NCBI GenBank assembly: GCA_013115145.1
Contig: JAAPAO010000190.1
Span: 1 to 55,795, forward strand
Origin: Perkinsus chesapeaki ATCC PRA-425
Lineage: Eukaryota; Protista; Perkinsozoa
Length of the DNA: 55,795 bases
Reading direction: 5' to 3'
Part shown: positions 13,101-21,952 of the stretch, in pieces
Layout: each line of letters begins with the position of its first letter
Position numbering within the stretch: the first letter of the stretch is position 1
Notes under the pieces: model-generated
What the model saw: the letters and a program-made list of their open reading frames with translations, nothing else
What the model was told of the DNA's origin: nothing
The model's database searches: none
Position numbers and translations under genes: made by a program

Positions 13101-14432
13101 GAGCATCACCGTGATAAGTGGTGTTATTTCTGCAGCTACTCTCATCAGGCTTGAGGGAGAGTTCTAGTTGCTCTATCTGCTCTTTCTCCGCTTGTCTGGC
13201 TGAAGCCACCCGAAATTCTTCCTGAATACAGTCGGCTCCTTCTCGGGACCTTCTCCTTCTCCAGAGCGGCTCGAAAGTTGTGAAATGACACGTTCCGCGG
13301 CAGTACTAGTGTACGACTATCAATAAGAATGACTCAACCATACGTGTAAGGCACTACCGGATGTAAATCACCAACTGTGGGAGTTTTAAACTGCGAAATC
13401 CTAAACTATATTCGATATCGCTCACCAAACACACGAAGCCTGTGATGAGTTTCACCGATGATTGGTTCATAAGATTTCCGACATTATCAGAAAGGCAACC
13501 TATTCACCTTTAGTGATTCCAGCGACTGCGTAATCTTGTCGCGTTCTTCATTCCCTTTCATTTGCGCTGTTCTAAGGTCCGCTTGTGCTTCCGCCGCCGA
13601 CTTTTCCAAGACTCTGATAGCCTCTTTCAAGCTTTTAACCTCAAGGACCCTTCAACACAAACTAATGCCAAAACCACGTACTTCTTTATCCTTCTCATTT
13701 TGAGTTTTATTATGAGCGACTTTCTCTTCCTCTGCAGCTTTCTTAACTTCCTTTAGTGCATTGCTTGCCTCTTGCAAGTCTCGTTGCAAATTAGGTATGT
13801 CTTTACTTTCCTTTATCCCCTCGATCACTTTCACTAGTCGTTCTACCTACATGTCCTTGAAGCTACATTGCGTTCTGACTTCACCTCACTTCTTCACTGT
13901 ATCCCTTCAGTTTTTTCTCGTACTCTTCTCTATCGTCATTCGCCTTTGTCTCTACACTCCCCAACTTCGATATAGTGGAGCTCAGCTCCTCTTCAAGTCT
14001 CTTCACTTCAGCTTGTAGCTTTTTTGTCATGTTATTGAAACAAGACATCAACTTCTTTTTTATCCTCCTGTCACCTCTTTCATGGGTAACCATGGACACC
14101 CGAGTGAGTAATAGTTCGCCCTCACTGTGTAGGATTGCTGCTACGACTGCACTGGCAATCCTCCAGTGTGGTGCGTACATGCACATGCTGTGGCTTTCAC
14201 CAATTCAATACCCTCGAGTTGACACATTTGCAACCGTTGTGCGGCGGAGTATGTTTTTGCGTCTTCTGTCTTATTAACACCACTAGCGCAACAATGATCA
14301 ATGATAAAATGGTCACCAGGAAACGTGCCAAAATAGCTGGTCAGCCGAGTAGCGTTGTGCTGACCTGTCAAGGCTCGCTGTCTTCTCACGTCACACAGAG
14401 CTCAATCACCTGATCTCTAAACTCCTGCCCAT
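10107..14432 (-). CDS. Hypothetical coiled-coil protein with a central C2-like region, many exons (could be more than one gene)
   Basis: Heptad-rich exons (KLQAEVKRLEEELSSTISKL; AESLEQAKAEVSSLAKQLQAVKQENEELRSRI; YAREISALKIELMK) flank a C2-like segment GRIRFIFHRVRGLNS..SCVILAKLLR..WEGSCDINEEL near 12830-13050. Both ends approximate. Confidence 0.55.
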
Positions 14433-15423
14433 CACGATGCAGCAGCTACAGGAGGCTCCTCTTCAGGGGCGGCGGTCACGGTCTGAAAAACGCTAGGTTT
14501 TCTAAAGTATGACCCATACCTTACTGTATTAGGTTTGTCTTTCCCCTTTAACTTATACACTAAGTTGATAAGCTCTTCCTTAGCTGCATCATTACTCGCC
14601 GGTGGTGTCCGTCTATAATAGCATTCTATATGCTAAAGAAAAGAACAACAACACTTGAATCGAAGCTTGGAGGCTTTCATGCTTACTGATCTGGCTAGCA
14701 TCCGTCTCAACTGCCATTGGAATATCTTATTATTGTAACATCGATACTCTTCCTCTATGCCATTTTCAGGGTCGTCGTCTTGAAGCACTCTATCCATATA
14801 TTTCTGACCCACGATCAATGACCAGAAATAATACCAAACTTCCCCTACATCGCACTGTGATACCTCCTCTTCAGACGCCTCATCACCCGAGCTCTCCGAT
14901 GGCGAAGGACTCTCTGCTGACGGAGCATACGGTGACCTCGTAGAAGCGTCCGCCTATCAGAATACCGTTGGCCCGGTAGGTTCTCTCTCGATCAACCTAC
15001 AGCTTGATGCAGCATTCGCAGCATTCTCTCGACATGTCTCGGTACTCCAGGAGCGTGACGTGCCCTCTTGACCGGCGGATGCGCTGGTGATTCTGATGGA
15101 CGGAGACGGTCAAGCGAGGAGGAACAACGTTCCCTACCGCTCATTTCTTCAGCGCTCTTCCTCTTGTTGTTGATCGAAACATCGACCGAAGGTGTAGGAG
15201 ATGTTCCCTCGTCTGGTGAAGGTGACACCGCCACCACAGACGGGCTGCCGTTTTCTTTGTGATCCTCAACAGCTAACAAGCGTGTTGGTGGCGGCCAGGG
15301 TGTTCCAAAACGTTCTCTGTGAGTAGAGTGAAGGAACGGACCGCATACTTCCTGAAAGAAGTGTGTGAAAATCATATGGTTATAACCAGATGCATTCTCA
15401 GGCCGGCGGTTCGACTGAAGCAA
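14432..15423 (-). CDS. Hypothetical multi-exon protein with Ser/Pro-rich and acidic segments; start uncertain
   Basis: ORF 14992-15423 plus spliced exons ADASTRSPYAPSAESPSPSESSGDEASEEE, KYMDRVLQDDDPENGIEEEYRCYNNKIFQWQLRRML, HIECYYRRTPP..KDKPNT, TVTAAPEEEPPVAAAS*. Confidence 0.5.
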
Positions 15424-15793
15424 TTGCCTCAGGAGTTAGAGCATGCTTAATACAAGGCGTGCTGTTGAAGATCAGATATTTACATTCACTGGAGATCGAG
15501 ACATTCGGCCAATGGGGTTTACGATGCCGTGGAATGTAATGAGACACTCAGTGTGGCGAAATATGCTTCCTGTTGCGAGATTCCCCAGCTACTTTGTGTC
15601 TAGGTAACATCAGAAAGTACACAGGACCAATTGTTTATTGTCAACTAAACCAACGTAAGCTCGCTGTGATTCTTAGTGAAGCAACCTGTGGTTCCGACTT
15701 CACTCCAAGCAGTGAAGCGAACCACCGGTGGTTGTGGGAGCCGAGACCACGCTAGGAGGGCAAACGGATGTCCACATATAACTCATACCAACA

Positions 15794-15806
15794 GCATCAT
15801 TGGTCT
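15794..15806 (+). tRNA. 5' fragment of tRNA-Gly(GCC) (GCATCATTGGTCT), separated from the rest by an insertion
   Basis: GCATCAT is the exact complement of the acceptor 3' strand ATGATGC at 18099-18105; TTGGTCT is repeated at 18042-18048. Confidence 0.88.
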
Positions 15807-15863
15807 GGTGGTCGAACCCACCTTTGCCATCCCCTTAAGGGGGGGGAGAATCCTTAAAGGAGT

Positions 15864-15953
15864 GCCATTCTGGCCATTCTGAAGGCCATTCTGAAGGCCA
15901 TTCTGAAGGCCATTCTGAAGGCCATTCTGAAGGCCATTCTGAAGGCCATTCTG
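15864..15953. repeat. 12-bp tandem repeat (GGCCATTCTGAA), 6 full copies plus partial copies
   Basis: Full units start at 15872, 15884, 15896, 15908, 15920, 15932; partial at 15944. Confidence 0.97.
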
Positions 15954-16018
15954 GCCTTCGGCCGCGGCTACGCCGCGGCCCTAGAATTGTAAGAACAGCT
16001 GACGGCACCCTTCGCCAT

Positions 16019-17825
16019 ATGAGGGGGACTAACTTCAATGAAGCCAAACACGCGTGCTTACAAAGAGACTTCAGCTCCATTACCAGAGCTTCCGCTTTTA
16101 TCTTTGACTGTAGAATGTTGTGGCGGTTCATATTCTCGAACAGGAGGTTATTTAATCGTGTCGGTGGTACGGACGGTTTCAACTTTGGTGATATTCCGAT
16201 ACCGTATTCATTAAACGAGGTAAGAGGTCGTCTCGAGTATGAATGTCAAGATATCAAGCTCAGTGAAGAGGGAGCTATTTTTGGTCACGAATACCTAAAA
16301 CTCTTGGACTCCAATCGCTATGATGAAATATGCAGCGAGTGGCTGGCCGAGGAAAAACGGTCTAGTGAGCTCCCGGCTTGCGGTACGCCATCAACGGACG
16401 ACGAAGGTGTTGCCATTCCTGACGACAGTGTGGAGGCCACGGTAATGCGGGTGCTTTCTGGAGAGCTCGACTGTGATTTCTTCGAAGATGAAATTGAAGA
16501 CCAGTCAAGCCGAGACGCGGCGTTCAAATCGATATCTGAGAGCGGAAGGCCCAAGAGAAAATTTTGCCGCCTCAAAGGCCTCCATTCCACACCGAGCATT
16601 ATCAAGTTGGACAAGTGGAGTGACCTTGTGAGAGGTGTGGTTCGAGAACTCATAGCCTCAGCTCCACAGGGTAATGCTACTGCTGAAGCCGTTTACAAGG
16701 AGTATCTAAGAAAGACCCTAGATGAGACCGACCAGGCGCTGCGAAGCGGCCGAAAGCCGCTACCACTACATCCGATTGGCCTCGATTGTATCAAGACGTA
16801 CATGAAGAAGCTTAACAGTTGTCGAGCTGGTTCGATAACCCCAACAGTTCGGGGTCTCGAAATTATGGCCGGATTGTCTGAGGCACTGCAAAATCCGTCG
16901 AGCCTGACCTTTAATGAACCTCCTCCTGTAGAGATACAAACGAATGGCGTCCTCATATCCTCTGGTCCTCTTCCGGTATCTGCTGCGGATATAGCCGCAG
17001 AATTGATGTGCAGCGAATTGGAGAGGGCTGCAGGGGACAGCCAAAGAGTGACTCCATGTCAAAGAGAAGACAATGATATTGGGATAGGTCAACCATTAGA
17101 GTCACCACCGGCGGAGTCGCAACCACCAAACCGTGGCCATCTCCCCCAAACTGACAACCGGGTGGTTTCAGAAAAGAATACACAGATGGCTTGCCGTTTC
17201 TGCCAAAAACCTCTCGCTAGAGGATTCAACAACCACGACCACAGCCAGAAAGAGTACGGTAAATATGGCCGGTGCCCTCTTGATACTCGGCCCGCTAAAC
17301 CGACAAACATTAAGGAGCTCACTGAGAGGGCTCGCCATGCTGCGCTTGGTGTCACTGTGGGAGGAAACACCGGCATTCGTAAGTGTAATTTCTGTGATCT
17401 GCCTCTGGTCGGCCACTTCATCACTTCCGCGGGCGTCCTGATGAGGCAGCATGAAGTCTTCGCCGATGAGGATGGCCACCTTTTGAGGTTATGGACTTTT
17501 AAGGTTATTTCGACGTACTTCATCTTCTAGGTACTGCCCGTTTGCCGAGAACATTGATAAGGGGCGACTGACCCAACTCGACGACCTTAAACAGCGCAGG
17601 ATTCGGGAGAAGCTGGACCGGAAAAGAGCTGGAAAGCGGCAGCGCTATGCGGAGAAGGTAGAGGCCAAACGGAAAGTCAAATACGGTCGGACACAGCTGG
17701 AGAGCTCTAGCTCCAGCTCACAAGTAGTAATCCGACGATTTCAGTTGTTCAACGACTTCTGGACAGGTTCATCTCACTGGAGGGTAGTTGCAGGAAATTT
17801 GCAGGAAACCGATAAAAGCTCATGA
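16019..17825 (+). CDS. Transposase-like protein, C-terminal portion only; two exons (intron 17488-17530)
   Basis: Begins RGTNFNEAKHACLQRDFSS, resembling the helix carrying the last catalytic Glu of IS256/Mutator-like DDE transposases. Two Cys/His motifs: CRFCQKP..HDH..GRCP and CNFCDLP..QH..R/YCPF (the second completed by splicing). Basic tail, stop TGA 17823-17825. No upstream D..D region is visible. Confidence 0.7.
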
Positions 17826-17904
17826 TGTGCATGCTGTATCCATGTAACTAGCTGTTATTGCGTTTTTGTGTATGGTATGGAGGAGTACACACATCAGTTC
17901 CTTC

Positions 17905-18040
17905 CTCTTTCCTCTCTTTTTTCCTTTTTTTCCTCTTTTTTCCTCCTTTTTTCTTCTTTTTTCTCCTTTTTTCTTCTTTTTCCCCTTTTTTCCCTCTTTT
18001 TTTTTCTTCCCCCCTTCTTTTCTCGATTTCTCCCCCAGCC
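17905..18040. other. T/C-only low-complexity tract, possibly a low-quality read end
   Basis: Aperiodic pyrimidine run of about 135 nt with almost no purines. Confidence 0.7.
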
Positions 18041-18041
18041 C

Positions 18042-18106
18042 TTGGTCTAGTGGTAGAATACAACGTTGCCATCGTTGTGACCCGAGTTCGATTCTCGGAT
18101 GATGCA
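18042..18106 (+). tRNA. 3' portion of the interrupted tRNA-Gly(GCC)
   Basis: A box TGGTCTAGTGG; anticodon arm CAACG-TTGCCAT-CGTTG; T arm CCGAG-TTCGATT-CTCGG; acceptor strand ATGATGC plus A; TTTT at 18111-18114. The 7 bases upstream (CAGCCCT) do not pair with the acceptor strand. Confidence 0.92.
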
Positions 18107-18354
18107 GTGGTTTTCTCTGAGCACACATTGTGTGCTCTGTCCCCTCCGATCACTATCCTTCTGGAGGATCTATAATCGTGTCGAATGTCCCACGAACGCC
18201 ATCAAGACACTCGTTAATACATTCAAAAGACATCAGAAAGGAACACTAGCTATTCCTCCCGATAGCGCTGCATCATAACAAGGTGAATCGGGAAGCTACA
18301 TAGGATGCGTAAACCCTGGGTGCTAGACATGTGAGGATGGAATTTGGAAGCCCC

Positions 18355-21300
18355 CTACTTAAGGCAGTGGATAGACCCAAAAGATAGTAAATCTCGATGA
18401 CAAATGTACAAAAGAACCCATACCGACTTTTCCCCCACCACACAAAGATCCACCCTCCTCACTTTGCTAACAGCTATACCCTTCCAAGCTAGCCAATGTG
18501 ATTCCTTTCGCAGAAGATAATCCGCCAGGCTTGTGATGCTAGATCCAAACACGTTGTGAACCATCCGTCTCAGGTCCACAACCGGATGAAAGATCTCGCG
18601 TCTATGCTGCAGCTGCGCCCTGAAGTCTGGCGTATCCTACAAAACATCGCTCTCTCTACCGACCGAGGCCGACAGCTACCCTTTTGCAATCCCACACTCG
18701 GTTGCATGAGCTGTGAGCTTTGATGAGGATATGAAGGGCTATTCTCCGCATTACTGTATAGTCAGTCAGCACCAATGCTAAGTCAGGCAGCCTAGCCGAC
18801 TCCACCGAGAATCTGAAACCGTCCAGTGACAGGTCTGGACAACAGACAAGGCTTTACTCCGCAGGAACCTCTGCCCGCTTCACTAAGGTAGGGTTGCCTA
18901 TAGCAGCCGGTTTAGTGACCTACTCCAAGATCACTGACAGTGGCCTCGAGTCGCCCCATTACATGTAGAATAGAGTAAACCGCGCTCCTGAGTTCGCTAG
19001 TCAGCTGCTTAACATCGGATGGGGTCTTAAACGGTCCAGAAGTCTCCTGCGGCCGCTCGGTCATCTCCCTGAGTTCGTGCTGAATATGCGACACAAATGC
19101 TCTGGCCTGAATAAGGTAAGTAATCAAGCAGCTTAGCAGCACTCGCCTTACCTTCATCAAATCCACTATATATGCCTTCTTTTCCTTGTCCGACAACTGC
19201 CCAGTTCCCCCCGGCCATATCCTCTCCCACACTTTCCATAGCTCCTCAACCTCCTCGTCGGAGACAATCGATGGGCTACATAGACATCACAAGCGCAACT
19301 AGCCATGTGAGCTACTCAGGGTCCTTCTCCTTCACTAATGACCCATCCACCTTAGTCCAATGCTCTCCAAATGGCGTTCTATATACATGGCAAAGTGCCT
19401 TCAAATCCATAGGCAGTATCTCCTCTATATATCTGCTCTCCACACTTAACCCAGCTCTGTAGTGGCATACAGTACCCAGCGGCCTTAGCTCGTGTTGCCC
19501 AGTCTTGCGGAACAGATGAGTCCAATCTATCCAGCGCTCTACTTAATACCATCACAACTTGTAGAGTGAATGAGGAATCACCAGTAGACGCAATTTTAAC
19601 CTTCACCGATGAAATAACGAAGTAACGTACTGAGATGTTACCTCCTTCTCTGTAGCCTTATCCGGCAGTGCATCGACCCTAGCCTGAACTCGACCGTGGA
19701 GGAATTGCCGCGCTGTTAGTATACGAGACGATATGATCTAATAGATACTTTCTTGCCTCAATATAGGGAGAGCTGCTACCTCAATGGCCTTAGGCAATCC
19801 CTGTGGTGGTACAAGTGAGAGGAATGTGTCAGATATAGGTACTATAGGACGCCACCAACATGTTGTTGAGGACCTATTTAAAGGGTAGTCAATAGGAATA
19901 TATGGCACATGTCAGCATCGCAGCGGATTGGCACGTTGACCAAAGTTTTTCATTAAAGTTTTGCAGTGATGCCTTATATTATCCAACTATAATACCAACC
20001 CTTCCTTATATTATCCAACTATAATACCAACCCTTCCTTATATTATCCAACTATAATACCAACCCTTCCTTATATTATCCAACTATAATACCAACCCTTC
20101 CCTATATTATCCAACTATAATACCAACTCTTCCTTATATTATCCAACTATAATACCAACCCTTCCTTATATTATCCAACTATAATACCAACCCTTCCCTC
20201 CCGTACTACTCTTCCTTAGTTAGTTCCCCTATACAAACATCTAATGATGTCTCTAATTCACTCAGCAGCTTCTCCACCAGCACTTCCGGCTGGCCAGAGA
20301 GCTCACCGACGATCTCCACTGCCTAAGTGGGTCTATCAACCTCACTAAGTCATACTATGATTACCTTCTGTATAGAACTACTCTCAAACTTGTCAGCTTC
20401 GACCCTGGCAGATTCTACACCAGCAGCACCACTGCTGCTTATTGTAGCAGCCGGAGAGGGTGGCTCTCGTCGGGCCGGTGGATCCTTTGTAGCTGCTGTT
20501 GCCATTATACAGGGCAGGCAACTATATAGTAGAGAGCTCACATGGAGACGCTGGACCGCTGCCTGTCTGTAGGGCTCGATAGTATATCGGTTACTCGGAG
20601 TAGGTACGGGGTTATTGATAATACTATTCGATTGATTACTTGTTAATTGATCCACAATCGAATGAGGTAGCCGTAAGAGCTCACATTAGCAGACACTTCG
20701 CAAAGGATTGGCTCATCTCACCGGCTATTGTTAGACATATCATCCCTCTTGGTGAGTTCTCAGTATATTAGAGGTCGCTAGCGAATCTATCAATATGATT
20801 AGCCTCTCAATCAACCCGTTGCTTCTGCAGCAATCCCGGCCCATCGAACGGATTCTTGTCCATCTTGCGTCTCCTCGCACTTCCTCAATGCGACCAATTC
20901 TGTGCACATTCATACTTCTTACCCCCAATGGCTGTGATTGCTCATCACCGAAGACAGCTTAGTCCTCCTGACCCTCCAATGGTGGCTTATACTACCTCAG
21001 AGAGGCAATCACCAACATCTGAGTTCTCGCTAGGAATTCCTGTTGAGGAAGCTGGTGTTCACAGCGGCAGAGTGTGGCGGAAATGCCGGAACTTTGTAAT
21101 AAGGGAAACTATTAGGACATTTGGAAAGGCACATTCGGGCCGCTCAATCCTTCAGCCAACAGAACGATCGTTGCCGAAAGGCTCAGGATTGATGGGGCTA
21201 TATTGGAGGAGGCATATAACAGTTGACCTAACACAGACATAGCTCTATTCCACTTGAGAAGAACGGCGCGTGAATTTACTTGCAGCTTAATAGGGCGCAG

Positions 21301-21597
21301 TTCAATGCGTTCAATGTTAATACTCGTATTGTGAAGGCGGCTTCGCAATCAAGCTACCTCATTTTGAATCTTTCAGGCTATACTAATGCCACAGTACGTA
21401 CCAGAATGGGCCTCTATTATGCAAAACTTCTTTGTATCATTCGGCAGTGAGGATGATCCTAAGCCAAGATTTACACTGTGTTTGGGTAGTATCATTGGTA
21501 TTGATAAAGGGAATGCAGAGGGAGATCCCAAAGGGGACCTTAAGTTTATTATAAGGTAATTTACTTGTTCACGAGTGTCCAGGACATAGTTGGGCAT
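18355..21597 (-). CDS. Hypothetical multi-exon protein(s), function not recognised
   Basis: Spliceable exons such as ELSGQPEVLVEKLLSELETSLD, YIEEILPMDLKALCHVYRTPFGEHW, DPSIVSDEEVEELWKVWERIWPGGTGQLSDKEKKAYIVDLMK, ARAFVSHIQHELREM. May be two genes; ends approximate. Confidence 0.45.
19972..20195. repeat. 32-bp minisatellite (CCTTATATTATCCAACTATAATACCAACCCTT) x7, probably intronic
   Basis: Seven near-identical units; lies between minus-strand exons. Confidence 0.97.
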
Positions 21598-21952
21598 ATC
21601 TTTGATTGAACTCGGCCACAAAAGATATGCGCGTCTGTCAAAAACTTGCTTCGAGCAAGTTTTTGACAAGTTTTTGACTTGCTATCATCTGTTCCACTAT
21701 CCGTCATGAGGTCATATACGGCAATGTTGTATTGTTATTAGTAATGACGCTTACCTGGACTCTTCGCCAGGCAATCCTTTTTGTTGACAAACTTGGTCAC
21801 TATTTGGCAAAAAATGATGAACGTTGCTAGTATTTGGGTGTCTATGTTAACTTCGCCTTACTCTAGACAAAGTCTCTCAATAATACCTCTAGGCCTTCCC
21901 AATAAGCGCTTATTTGCCTTATGCTTAACTTAGATACCACGGAGTTGACGGT

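Larger units (their letters stand above)
15807..18041 (+). mobile_element. Dada-like tRNA-targeting DNA transposon inserted in tRNA-Gly, 7-bp TSD TTGGTCT, probably internally deleted
   Basis: Insertion splits a tRNA, is flanked by TTGGTCT at 15800-15806 and 18042-18048, and carries a transposase-like ORF. The right terminus (about 17905-18041) is low-complexity and possibly mis-sequenced. Confidence 0.82.

Noticed and set aside
15676-15882. 68-aa ORF with a CxxxxH..C-like pattern
   Set aside because: It runs across the tRNA 5' fragment and transposon junction, so it is a chance composite.
15960-15984. Hairpin plus CTAG as a Helitron 3' end
   Set aside because: CTAG follows the hairpin immediately instead of about 10 nt later, and no Rep/helicase or 5' TC end was found.
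17820-18175. Lys-rich and Phe-rich ORFs
   Set aside because: Translations of the pyrimidine tract and the tRNA-Gly sequence.
19972-20195. CRISPR-like reading of the 28-, 31- and 32-bp arrays
   Set aside because: Units are head-to-tail with no unique spacers, no cas genes, and the context is eukaryotic.
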